From Chrysomallon squamiferum (Eukaryota > Animalia > Mollusca), in contig CM022673.1 of assembly GCA_012295275.1 (NCBI GenBank), positions 7,564,001 to 7,628,000 of the forward strand: a stretch of DNA of 64,000 bases. The letters run 5' to 3'. The notes below the pieces were generated by a model. That model had not been told where the DNA came from. It searched no databases and saw nothing but the letters and a program-made list of their open reading frames with translations. The number at the start of each line of letters is the position of its first letter. Within the stretch, counting starts at the first letter, position 1. Shown piece after piece: positions 1 to 13,436 of the stretch. The position numbers and the translations under genes are program-made.

Positions 1-459
1 CGAAGACACGACGTCGATGTGGATGTCGCATTAGGTTATCCAGAACGTGACGAAGACGTATCGACGTTATCACCGGAGTTAAAAGCCGTTGTTCCCACGG
101 GTAGACTCGATTTAGAAGACTTCTTGTTGATGTTTATTTTCGATTCTGAAGGTTTGGATATTCTTTCACAAAATGTTGCTGAGCAGATTAAAAGAGGTAA
201 ATAGACAATGAAATACCAAACATTTTTATTGAATATAATTTTTTATTTTGATTAATGAAATAATAACTAATTATTAATTTTAACATCATCATCATCAACA
301 TCTAATATCATCTATTCGAATATCAGGCAATAAAAATAGAAAAATATATCTTGCATAAACCCGAAAAACAACGAACCAGCCTTTTAATTAATTGATTAAT
401 AAGTAATTAAAATCATATAAAGAGAAAACAGATAACAAGAAACAAACAAACAAAAATAT

Positions 460-534
<75 letters not shown>

Positions 535-977
535 AATAAAGAAATATAAAAACTAAAAAAAAAAAAATCAGGGGTTAAAAAAATAAATAATAAAATAAAA
601 TAAATAAAAAAAACAAGTACCAATCATAAATTACAGTCGTAATAACTTACATTTCTTTCAGGTCTTGAAGTGAGTTACAGAATAGGTTTACAAAAACGAT
701 ACAGCCCGCGGATTGAAAAACGTTCTGCTTCTCTGAAAGATATATCAATAAAGGTTGGTGACCCAATTTTTCTTTTCTTTAATTTCCATTATTTCATAAT
801 TTATCGTAAATGTGGTTCATATTTTGTTTTCGCAAGTTTCTATTTTAATTTCGAGTTTCGCCGACTAATACTTCGGTAATGACGCAATAATTGAATGACG
901 TCATTAGGAATAATAGCTTTGCTAAGGGAGATGATATATATTTACAAGCTGATTAAGTTCGTAATTGTTCAGAACTG

Positions 978-1044
<67 letters not shown>

Positions 1045-4000
1045 TGTGTGTCTCTACTGGATTTTACTTTTACGCAAAAATATGTAAGATCGCAGTTGTT
1101 TTTGTAAATAATTGTTATTTATTTTTTATTTGTGTTTTACGATTTCTTTTCGGATTTCAACTATAAGGTGGAATTATTTAGGACTGCAGTGTTGTTAATA
1201 AATAATTATTATTTACTTTTGATTTTTTTCAGATTTTACGAATCGTCTCCATATTATTATAAAATAGTCATCATTATCATCATCTTAAGTAATCATTATT
1301 GAATAGTTAATTAATTAATTTATTATTTCAGCTGGTTGAGGCTATCATTAAAAAGGGTGACGTCGTTGAACAGCACTTTGTGGTGGAGGAGGACGGACGT
1401 CGTGTTCTGGCAGATGACGCCGCTGTCACGTTCGGTGAACTTTCACCTGATGAATTACACCTCGTCACAAGTTTGAAAGTTTGTGTTTTGTTTCTTGTTC
1501 TTGCACTTAGACACAACATGAACTCAAACGCTCATGCTTGCACACACAGACGTACACATCCAGCCACCCAGCACATACATGCATGCATAGAGACATACAC
1601 ATTTATACATATACATATATACATACAGATACAGTAATAAACCAGACATACACGTACACCTAGACATACGCCCGAATGTGTGCACAAACGTCTAAATGCA
1701 ATTTTTCCAGAGTTAAACTGAATATTTTAATTATCTACTGTGCAGATGGTAAATCCATTATCCAAATTGTCATAAGGTTTGAAAACCTAATTTTCTGCCT
1801 AAAGTAAAATTGCTTAAAACAGGTTGAAGATCCCGAAATCCGAAAATTCCGAAATCCAAACTTTTTCCGTGTATCAGAAATAGAGATGTTTTACAGTTTT
1901 CTGATTGTTTTGTATACAATACACAAAGTTTATTTTATGCATATAATTATTCAAAATATTATATAGGTAAAAAGTCCTTGCAGACTGTTTCTTAAGATAT
2001 AATTATATAAAATATAAATGAAATTTATTTTTAGATCTAGAGATATCAGGAGACAGCTTTCAAGCTGTTTTCAAGCTATGTCCATATATTATTCCAAAAT
2101 TCTAAAAATTCCTAAATTTGATAAACTTCCCGTCCCAAGCCTTTCGGATTAGGGATTCTTAGCCTTTGATGTTAAGGAATTAGATTGTACATTTGAACCT
2201 GTTACTAGTTTTAATGAATATTTTATTACAAATAAAACCTGTAAACCAGTTGGTGCCGATTCTGGTATATTTTCTGTATCTCGTTAAGGATATCGTTTAC
2301 AGCTTGATTCTGTATTTATAAATAAATAAAATAAATAAATAAATAAACATTAATGGCGATGAGGTGATAGTAATAGTAACAGTAATAGTTTCGTATGTCA
2401 TTTAATATACCTTTTCAGTTTTGTAGATTTAAATTTACCATATTGCTTTAGGGAAAAATATCATATTATTTAGTACAAGAATAACAAATACTACTTTACT
2501 GTCAGTAAATGCGAAGAAAAATAAAATAAATAGTGATATCTTTTAACTGAAATGGATTTCTTGTTGATAAATTAAATAAATAATGCTTTTAATATCTGTA
2601 GAATAAATAAATAAATAAATATTTTGGGATAATATACGGTGGAAAAGTTGAGATACATTTAGAAATAATTCTCGCGATCTTGGTAAATTCTAAAGTAAGT
2701 GTAAAATTATGCTATGTTTTATTCCCAGTTCAAAGAAGGTAATTATAATTTACATAATAATAATTAAATTAATAATTTTAATAATACCTTTTTTTTTAAA
2801 TATTAGTAAATGTTATACAATAATAATAATTGAGAAAAAAAGAAAAAGAAAAAATAAGTAGTAATACAGTTCGAATGAGATGGATATGTAATATAAGACA
2901 AATTACTTTAAAAAACACCGTGTATTTATATAATATTAATAACGCCTTTCTGTGACTACTCATTTACCTTCAGATAAAATCGTTTATTAACAGGTTCTTG
3001 AACGTGTGACATCAGTCAAAAGTACTAAAGTGTTTTCTGGAAATCTGTCACCGCCACCAGTAGTAATAAAAACAACATCAACTCAGTCTACAAAATCTGA
3101 CTCCTTCTCAACACAAGAGAATATGAAACACAGTGAAATGATTCATTCCACTTCGTCAAACACCAGGAATTCGTTAGATGATTCAGAGACAAGAACAAAC
3201 CATACCTCTACCTATACTCCAGTGATGAGCGTACACAAAGCAGAACCAGCTGGTGCCGATTCTGGTATATTTTCTGATTCTTCGACACCAGATGATCCAG
3301 TTGCTGGTTCATCAACTATTTCCGTGAATATCAAACCATCAAAATCACTTTTACAACGCTCGACGATTGATTTTCAAACAGATCTGACTTCCGCATTAAA
3401 CGATTTGGTGTATCCTACTATGTCATCCCCTTATGAGTCAATTTTACAAACAATTCAGTCAGTAACGATCCCACGTTCAGAGTCTTCACACATGGTAGAG
3501 AAAACGATCACTTCACCCGTAACCCGTGAATCTTTAAGTTACACAGACAGCAGTAAATCTGGGGATAAACTGAATGGATTCTTGAAAAATTACTTACAGC
3601 CAACAACAGCTACGATTGAGATTCGTGCAACCAGCAGCGACGATAGCGTAACTGGTTCCTCTGGTCAGCTTTTGTCAAATGAGGCCACCACACCGCTGAA
3701 CTCATATAATGCCATTACTGACACGAAGATTCCGGACAACGTCTCACGTTCGTCACATCCTTCAATTAATTCTGAAACAGCTTCAAATACAAAAGTGTTG
3801 TCAGAAATAAACAGTGAAGATATTACTAACCAGAATGTCCAACAAGCTAGTGCATCCGTTAATAGTGAAGACAGACAGGATACAGAGTCATCATCACCAG
3901 ATGATGATGCCAGAAAGGAAGCTGTTTTCGCGTATCCTGGAAATATTTCTTCAAAGAAAACGGAAAATGATCACACTTTAGAAATTAGTTCACCACATTT

Positions 4001-6568
4001 TGACATAACATCCGCATATACTGTGAGTAAATATGAATTTATCAATAACTTGGCTGCTAAAGATAGACCTCGACCTTCACCTTTTCCAAATACAGATTCT
4101 TCTGGGCCACTTTATGTGAAGCACAAATATGCTGCTAAAACTGAACTCCAATCGAAATGACAACTCTTGATACCTTGACATCAGCTCTACCTGTTTTGTC
4201 TTCTCAAAATGAGAATCCTGTGTTTGCTGGTTATGACGTAACAACTCAGTCAAAGCTGCAGTCCGATACTGTGACGACAATCACGCCCATGTTAACCCAA
4301 ATACCATCCACACATCTGAGTCGATTCCAGAAAACAACACAGCTTCATTACTTACCAGCAGTTTTGTTATCGAAAGTGAATCACCTCTATCATTATCTGA
4401 GAAACATCGAACTTCTCAACAACCAGGTATCAGTTCTGAAAGGTTGTCTGCTGTAGTAGACGATATGACAGACAATGCTCTACCTTCAGCAGCTGCTTAT
4501 TCTGCAGATTTGGACCAGTATTCGAGAACATCATCTACGTCATCGACCATTGGATCTAGCATGGAAGTAGCTGTGGGAACGAGAGATGAGTCTATCAGCT
4601 CTGAAACCGAACAGTTAAAGACAGCAAGCAGAATCTATTCCATTTCACCTATCCAGATTCTTCCGACAACAACTACACCAGTTCGTTATATTCACAAGTC
4701 AAGTTCTACTAACTCAGTAGAAGAATCACAATATTTTACTTTGCCGTCAACAGGTGGAACATTTAATACATTATCAGACGAAGAAACGTTTTCAGATATT
4801 GATAGCAGAGACAATCCAATAGTCTCGCATCAGAATTTAACAAATGCTAAACCAGAATTGATTGAAATTAATGATTACACCCCTTCTTATTCCAAAGAGC
4901 TGAAAGTAACTTTGAGCCCAGCAAGTACTGAATCAACGCCATCTCCTAGTCGTGACCATCTAACGAATTTCGAAAGTGACATTTCTTTAAATGTAACATC
5001 ACTATCATTATCATCTAGTGAAATATTTACGTCAGAAGCATCAACAACTGAAAATACCGACTACACAAGACAGAGTAACATTCTTATCCACACATCAAAA
5101 CAACCAGTGTTCAAAAATAATCCACGTTTCAAAACACACAGTATACCTTCAAGTAAAACACCATTAAACAGTACGTTAAAATTATCCAGCAAACGGCACA
5201 GACATAAAATGTTAATCATGAGGTCAAATGGAAGTTACAACCATGAAGAAATTAGAGCAGAAACAAGTAGAATTCCTTATCAAACATCAAAGAATACACC
5301 ACAGCGGTTTATATTATTAAATCACACTGTCCATGCTGATGGTTCAGGCAGAACAGTGACAAGAACACCCAACATTTTTAGTCGCACAGCTACAACAACA
5401 CCTGAACATCCCAGTTACAAAGATCTGAGAACAATTAAAACATCCAACTCCAAAATTAGAAGGAAAAATAAAACGAGCTATCCGACGTTGTTGACTACAA
5501 ATGATGTTAATTCCACAACGACGAAAACAGTTAAAATACAAAACTATCTATACACAACCAGTATTCCAGTCTCTGCAGCACAAAAGACAACTTTAGTTCC
5601 AAGTTCCAGAACTCTAAAGATAACAGAAATTCCCACAATTCTTATAACAACTAAAATACCTAGTCCTACCATTTCAAAGACAACCACAACACCAAGTTCC
5701 AAAAATCTAAAGACAACCAAAACGTCGGGTCATTCAAACACAAAAACAATCAGAACATCTAGTTCTACAACCACAGCAACACCTAGACCTACAACCACAA
5801 ACAAAACACCTAGTCCTGCATCTCCAAACTCCATAAAATTAACTAGTCCCAAAACTCCAAACACAATAAAAACACTTAGTACCACAATTCCAAAGACAGC
5901 TGAAATACCTAGTCCCACAGCACCAAAGACGGCAACAACAGTTAGCCCTACACCTCCAAAGACAACCGATGTACATAGTCCTACAGCCTCAAAGACAACC
6001 AGAGCTGCTAGTTCTACAACGTCAAAAACAATTAAACTTCATAGATCTACTACTTTAAAAACGTCGAACATTCCTCGTCCTAAAACTCCGTGTTCCACGA
6101 CTCTAGAGACAACTCCTAGTCCTACAACTCAGAGTTCAAGAACTCTAAAAACAACTGCAACTCCTAGAGTCACTACTATACGAACAACCACAATTTCTAG
6201 TTACACAACTTTCGCAAATCCGGTGCTGAAAACGTCATCATTCTTCACGCCGTTAACACGTGGATATCCGTGGCTTACCACATCAAGTGAAATTCCAAAG
6301 CAGAAACCAGACACACCAACGTTAAAGACACTGACAAAAATTATCGTAAAAGTTACATTTGACGAAAACATCAGTGGCAGATTCTTTGTTAGAAGAATAG
6401 AAAAAGGTAAATGTTTTGTTTTAAAACTATATTAAAATATTTGTTAGCAGTAGATGAAGTAATCATATTAATTGCATGAAGAATAAAATTAAAAAGTGTG
6501 CATGATATAATTCTCTGTGTGTGCATTTCTATACATACAAACATTAATACACACACACACACACATAC

Positions 6569-6599
<31 letters not shown>

Positions 6600-7246
6600 C
6601 AAACATAAAATTAATACATGCATATAAATTGATACACACATACATACACACATTTACAAATTATATTAATATTCATCATACTGACTGATCTCCACTTAAC
6701 TATGATTATTTAGCCGACACTCCCTTGTCCAAATTAAAAAATACATATTAATTAATAATAAGATTGTTACTCATTAACATCTACAAAAGTTTCTGAATTT
6801 AAATTTATTCTTTAGATTTCCATTTGGTTAATTATCAGTATCATTCAAATTAACTTGTATCAGAAATATTTAAAATTTAAAATCTAAAATCGTGAAGAAG
6901 AGTTTTATCATCCATTGTTGTTTTCCTGTACCGTTATCTGTTTACTACATATCTACGTTCGGTTTACTTTATGTATTTCAATACAGTAAAATTTTAGCGA
7001 CTTGAAGTGCTTCATCAGTTTATTTATTTCTTCAGGTTTGGCAAAGTTATACAAACAAGCTTCAGTTACCAGTGTTGTTGGGACCAGCCGGTCCCCGTCT
7101 TGGGCATGGAATGCTTTGGAAGGTTCCGACATCACTGTCATGGTACATTTTCCCATAAAATATGTTTTTTAGACTTACAAATTATATATAAACTATTAAA
7201 ACATTTTTGTAAGTGCGGTCTGTTATCTAATACAGATGAATCTTTT

Positions 7247-7287
<41 letters not shown>

Positions 7288-7973
7288 TTAGTTTATTTAT
7301 TTAATGTTATAATAAGAAGTATTGATAAAACCAGAAATTACACTTAAATTTGTTATTATGTATTTCAGGTTGTTAACGCAACTCGTGTATCAGACGACAG
7401 AGTCCAAGTAGTGTTTGTTGTATCGCAATCTAGAAAAGCTCTTTCGTCTGACGTCACTATTCCAGTGTGGAGCTTGATTTCAAACAGTGAAATCAGTGCT
7501 GCACTGGGATATCCCGTAAGTGTCTTCAAGTACAAGGCAACATACACACAGCATTCGAATCAGCATAAAAACAGTTAACCTATCGACGGAATCGCGTCCA
7601 CGTCCGAGTGACGGGCCATAACCAGAGCTAATCGCGCTAAGACTGCTACAGTCTTTCCTCTTGCTAATTCTGTAACATGCTAGCACTAACACTTTCTCAG
7701 ACATCTCAGACCCGTGACACGTGGGCCAAGAACAGAACAGTTTCAATCTTCTCTGGGTGAAAGCAAATTATAAACTGTTGATTGACTGATGGAGTTAAAA
7801 AAGGATACGAGACAAACCTATGTCTTCACCATCATCAGCAGCATCATCTCCCTCTTCTTTTTCTTCTTCTTCTTCCTGTTCTTCTTCTTCTTTGATTCCT
7901 TCTTTCTTCTTCTTCTTTTTCATCTTCTTCTTCTTCTTCTTCTTCTTCTTTTATTCCTTCTTTCTTCTTCTTC

Positions 7974-8005
<32 letters not shown>

Positions 8006-8309
8006 CTGATGATGATGATGATGATGATGATGATAATTATAATAATGATGGTGATGGAAAATAATTATATTTCTAAGTAATGAAGGACCCATTTAATTAA
8101 ACTACAATACATTCACAAATCAATTAATCCTCTTCCCGGAAAAAAATATCTTTTCCTTAACTAACATATTATGATAAAACTATGTTTCAATATAACACCA
8201 AAAATACCAATAAATAAACAAACAAACAACACCCCCAGGGTATAATGATATGTATTTAAAAAGAATAAATATGTTTCATATGTTAGAATATATGTTTAAA
8301 ATTATTAAC

Positions 8310-8355
<46 letters not shown>

Positions 8356-8447
8356 ATAAAACAAAAATCCACAACAACAATAAAAATAAAACACGTTAAT
8401 GAAAAACACAAAATGTTAATGAAAACAGCATTTTATCGATATTCTAT

Positions 8448-8483
<36 letters not shown>

Positions 8484-8896
8484 ACTCAATGGACTTCAGT
8501 GATCATACATATTAATTATGTACTGAATCAACACCAGAGAATTTACAATTTTTAAATTATTCTTTCATAATTAGGTTTTGGAACCTGTGACTAGTCTTGT
8601 ACCAACTGATGTCTCAAACGACGGCAACAAAACACAACTCACCGACATCATCCTCATCGTGGCCGTTGCCGTTCCTGGTGTCTGCCTCATCCTCGTCGTT
8701 GCTTTCCTCGTCATTCGACATTGTCGCTGTCGTCCACGAGCCAATATCGTAGGCATTCTCCCGCCACGCTATCAAGTCAGTGAACTCTTTAAATTAATGG
8801 TTTAGTTTCAAAGTAATAAAAACATATAGTTTTATATTTGATGTAAAGAAAAATATAATAATAATAATAATTAAAAAATAAAAATAAAAATAGGCT

Positions 8897-8953
<57 letters not shown>

Positions 8954-9932
8954 CAGACAGAGAGACAGACAGACAGATAGACAGACAGACAGATAGACAG
9001 ATAGATATGCAGAATGTACAAACTACCATAACACAAAAATGCAATTGATTTCATACTGTTTTAGTTCTTGGCAACGGCCTTCATTTGAAAGTAATCGACT
9101 TCGAGAGTTTCGCAGTTCTTAAAATATATATTTTTTTTATTTTTTTTTTTTCCAGCGAGGTGAAACACTAGATGAAAACAATCTGGCAGTTGATGTCGAG
9201 AAGGGTGAAATAGTTGACAAGACGCCCATGAACACGCCAGCGCTTCACCGAGCCTATACGCCTAAAAAGGAAGCTCTTCCCGCCGACGTCTTCAGCTTTA
9301 GTTCCATAGACAAGAAACATCTAGAGCGGCAGATGTCGGAACCAAAAACCAAGATGCAAGAATACAGCCCCGTAGTTTCGAGTCCAGAATGCGACACGAG
9401 CAGCGAAAATTCTCACAAAACAATGGTCCTTAAGGAAAAAGAGCTGTTAGAAAAACTCGGAGTCGTAGAAGAAAAACCGACGATGCTCGAAATTTTGCAC
9501 AAATCGCCCGATTTTAGAAGCAAGGCGACAAAATCTAGGAAAAAATCTAGAGTCGTCTGCAAAGTGAGAAACTTTCCCGAGCCCAAGTACCAAACTGTTG
9601 ACAGTAGAAGCGAACTACTTTCTTCGTCAGATACGTCCGCGACTATGACGTCGATTGAAAGCGGAGACCACACGGACGCTTCCGATGAGTTTACGGTGAT
9701 CATCCCGTCCTCAAAACAAACGAAAATTCAGATTTCGGGTTTTTCAAATAGTGTACGAACGAATACCACAAAAAGTACACTGAACAATTTAGGTAGTGCT
9801 ATACCAAATATCGGTTCCACTCAAATATCGACGGACACACAGTCATCTACAACTTCGAGTTCCGAAAGCGATTCAAGTGCAGATGACGGGAATTGTAATA
9901 ACAACAAAAGCACAGGGAAAAAGAGAAGGTAA
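1..9932 (+). CDS. KIAA1549/UPF0606 (DUF3827)-like type I membrane protein with SEA-like modules and a mucin-like S/T/P stalk; 5'-incomplete
   Basis: Phase-consistent GT-AG exons: <1-196, 662-753, 1332-1478, 2994-6406 (two frameshifts near 4150 and 4240-4330), 7036-7142, 7369-7515, 8575-8775 (TM helix IILIVAVAVPGVCLILVVAFLVI followed by RHCRCR), 9156-9932. Spliced motifs RRIEKGL, VVNATRVSDDRVQVVFVV and AALGYPVL match KIAA1549-family motifs as I recall them (RIEKGL, VVNVSRLEGDD..VQLIYFV, LGYPVL). Confidence 0.8.
460..527. repeat. (AAT)n microsatellite
   Basis: Perfect trinucleotide run in an intron. Confidence 0.95.
981..1043. repeat. (ATT)n microsatellite
   Basis: Perfect run; source of the poly-Ile ORF at 895-1107. 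Confidence 0.95.
1820..2166. mobile_element. Non-autonomous pogo/Tigger-type DNA transposon (MITE), Tigger4/MER46-like
   Basis: Imperfect terminal inverted repeats CAGGTTGAAGATCCCGAAATCCGAA ... TTCGGATTAGGGATTCTTAGCCTT, subterminal TCCGAAA repeats and GTCCCAAGC; internal AT-rich sequence resembles the Tigger4b consensus as recalled; TA target duplication decayed. Confidence 0.7.
7851..8048. repeat. Compound (TTC)n-(TAT)n-(GAT)n microsatellite
   Basis: Adjacent trinucleotide runs in an intron; explain the homopolymeric ORFs at 7789-8092. Confidence 0.9.
8897..9006. repeat. (TAGA)n/(CAGA)n tetranucleotide repeat
   Basis: Directly visible. Confidence 0.9.
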
Positions 9933-10834
9933 TTTATTAAGAATTAAACACTACAAAAAATTATAGCATTCTCCAGGCTAACTGAATAATACGAATTATT
10001 AAGAATCTTTCTTACTTAGTCACATACATATATTGTATCTCACCTCACTTTGAATCTTTTTTCCTTTTTTTTTTTCTTTCTTTTTCATTCAGTTTTTCTT
10101 TTCCTATTATTTATTTATTTATTTATTTAGCTGCAAAAATTACTATTGTAATTACAGTTTGACAATAACGACAGTTCTTTTAAACTTGTACACAGGCTGC
10201 AAGTAATAGTAAAGAAACTTTCGAATTAAACTTTCATATGTTTAATTTTATGTTTGTGACAATGTCTTGGTTATGTCGTGTTCTATCATTCCACCTTTAC
10301 AAAATCTCACTTCTCCCCAGTGTCTAGAGGGATAAGTGACTTCTGTCTATTTTTCAAGCCTAGCGTGAACCCTGAATAGCTAAATCTTTCTATTAATTTG
10401 CTTTAGAAAGTTCGATACGTTACCGTTTTTTAGTTCGCTCTGCCATTGTGACGAATTTAATAAGACAATGCAAAATGTACGCCATAGATATCTATGCAGA
10501 GTTCTGCTCTTGACACTAAATCTAAATGAGTGAATTCACGTCAGTATCAACATACATATAATAATTTTGTTCATTTAGCTGCTTGTAGTAATTACAAGAA
10601 GTATGACACCGTTGGTTATTAAGTATCGTTTAAGAAGTAATCGTACTTGAAAAATTGTGTGCCGATTTTAACAAAACTAATTACCATACAACTTTTTCTT
10701 CTGGAATTTTTCTCCCGAAATAATCCGAAGTAGACAGCATCCAGTTTAGACATGTTGTTTAAAATGGTGCCGATTTGCACAACAATCCTTGTTAATCAAA
10801 TACAGCCAATAGAGAAAATACCTAATGTCTACAG

Positions 10835-10955
<121 letters not shown>

Positions 10956-11360
10956 GAAATTGTAAACAACAGATATGCCTCAATACAAGCCTCTCACGAC
11001 AGCATTGGTAAAACACCCTGATATAAAATACTAACTTCATCAAATAACTATAAATGTCTTAGGTGGCTGATGTAAATTTAATTACTTTGACCACTAATAA
11101 TAAAAATAACAACAACAACAATAATGCAGTTAGTTATTGATTACTAATGGGTTGTTGTTTTTTTCGTTGTATTTTTTTTTGGGGGGGGGGCGTTGGGTGT
11201 GTTGTATCTTCCTAACCTTCTAACATACTAACCTAAAACCTTAAGCTGATAGTCCAGCTTCCTGGTTGGGCCTAAGGGTGGAAGTTATATTATACCAACA
11301 AAACAGCAAAATCCTTACTGTAAATGACGTAACTGTATTGTATGTACATACTTAGCGGAA

Positions 11361-11553
11361 CTATTTCTCGTTCCAGCCAGAACCCTACAATTAATTTTTG
11401 TCATGATGTGAATACTGTATTCTGTGTGAGATAATGTATATAAAATTGTCTTCCCTGTTTATTTGATTGGTTCTTAATCCTGAGTTCTGTGCCATACAGA
11501 AGTAAATAAAACGTACTGATGCGCTGTTAAATAAACATATATTTCCTTTCTTC
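11361..11553 (+). mobile_element. 5'-truncated, decayed SINE (copies at ~23416-23589 and ~35098-35283)
   Basis: CTATTTCTCGTTCCAGCCAG ... GTAAATAAAA ... GTTAAATAAACA..TTTCCTTTCTTC tail resembles an abundant gastropod SINE as I recall it; not verified by search. Confidence 0.5.
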
Positions 11554-11724
11554 GAACCCAACACTTTCCATTAATTATTTCAAAAGTATGAAATTATTAG
11601 TATCAGTTACAAATAATGCGAGAAATAAGGTGAAAAATAATTTTTTAAATATTATATAATGAAAAAAAAAAAAAAAAAAAAAAAGAAGAAATAGCGCAAT
11701 CTTAAATGAATTTATTTAGAGGAA

Positions 11725-11824
11725 ATATTCAAACAACGTTATTTTCCCGCATTTCTTTACGTGACCAGTTTTGGGAAAACAAAACGATCACAGCGAGTTT
11801 CCGAAACTGCTCCGGTGTTTACAG
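11725..11824 (+). promoter_or_regulatory. Putative promoter and non-coding first exon, orphan gene copy 1
   Basis: TTCAAA (CHR-like) at 11728, E2F consensus TTTCCCGC at 11743-11750, local CpG retention, strong donor CAG|GTAAGA after 11824. Confidence 0.5.
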
Positions 11825-12092
11825 GTAAGAAAGAGCTCGAATTTCGATTTCTGTGTACAGATTTATTCACTGCAGTTAATATGCACAATTACTGTTGGGT
11901 TTTAAATACGCATGCATATAAAATGTTATACGTATCGTTAAAATGCCGTAAGTTTTGAGTTTTGAATGCGTGCTTTTGTGTTTTAATATGTGGGTCATGC
12001 AATAAATAGCAAACGTGTTATAGATAGCGATCGCTTGATAGGTATGGCGTTTATAAATAAAACAAATATTCTTTCCTTGATAATCGTAACTG

Positions 12093-12132
<40 letters not shown>

Positions 12133-12402
12133 TAGGGAAAAAAATAGTGCTGTATTATTCAATATATAAAAATTCGATATATAATAAATAATAGTAACAA
12201 AACTGAAAATGTTTTTGCATTTAAATTTTTTATAAAATATAACAAAATAATAATTGTTTAAGTTATTTTGCTAATTATCTAAATATCAATGTAGTCTCGG
12301 TTGAAGTAAAAAGGTAAAGACACTTTGACACTGTTATCTGACATTGTTTATCTAGATGTCCTGAACCAGAATATTCTTGGAGGTCTTATGTCGTTGGGCC
12401 TG

Positions 12403-12463
<61 letters not shown>

Positions 12464-12816
12464 CATCATCATCGCCAAGGCTTATATTTAAAAATAAAAA
12501 TAAATTAAATAAAAAAATAAAAAATATTCTTTACTAAGTGGCAAAATATTAATTTCTTTAGTTGGTTTCATTTTCCTTATGAACATATTATAAAGCAGCA
12601 AACACTTTTCTGTGTGTTCTTATTATGTACATGCGTCCAAATCCATTAAAAAAAAAGAGTTAATTTATTCATTTGTTATATGGTTACGTTTTGATAGTTT
12701 TATATCGTTTTATTTTTAGTACTGAAAATAAAAAACCTGGGAAAACATTAGACGTTGAACTGTCATCAAATTTTGACTCAAACCAAACCAAGTCAGTAAA
12801 CAGACTGAAAGACAAA

Positions 12817-13405
12817 ATGAGTGGATACACTGTAAGTACTGAACCCTGTCATCTGAACCTTACACTTCTCATATCTATGACTGAAGTTATTAAAAAAAAA
12901 AAAAAAAAAACTGTCTAGTAGTATCAGATATATATTTTTAATTACCTATTTTATAGTTTTATTATACAAAATATTTTAATGTATGCATACTTTAGTATAT
13001 GACTAAGTAAGATTTCCACTTTAATATCGTGTTTTCAGAACAATGGTAGTACAAGAAAACTACCAACTTATGAATTAAACAACATTCTTAATGACACTCT
13101 AAAAACGAACATGGTGAGTCCATTTTAGTGATGGTGAAATTTTAATAGTAAAGTTTGCATGTTGTTGTTTTTTTATTATTATTTTTTTTTTTAGTTTTCT
13201 TTTTTCCATTTTCTGTGAAACAAAATATCATGTACAACTTCCTAAACCAATATTTCTTAAATTTATGAATGAATGAAATTTATGTATTACCCATATTTGT
13301 AGTGAAAATATCAAAGTTCATTATTTTTTCTGTTGTATATTGCATATTACAACTTTAAAACATCATCAAGAATGAACTTGGATTTAATATATTTTTAAAT
13401 AATGG

Positions 13406-13436
<31 letters not shown>

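Noticed and set aside
7789-8092. Homopolymeric ORFs (also 895-1107, 10822-11043, 12325-12537, 24390-24650, 34435-34620)
   Set aside because: Microsatellite translations
11210-11242. CCTAAC/CTAAC motifs as telomeric repeats
   Set aside because: Few, irregular copies; not an array
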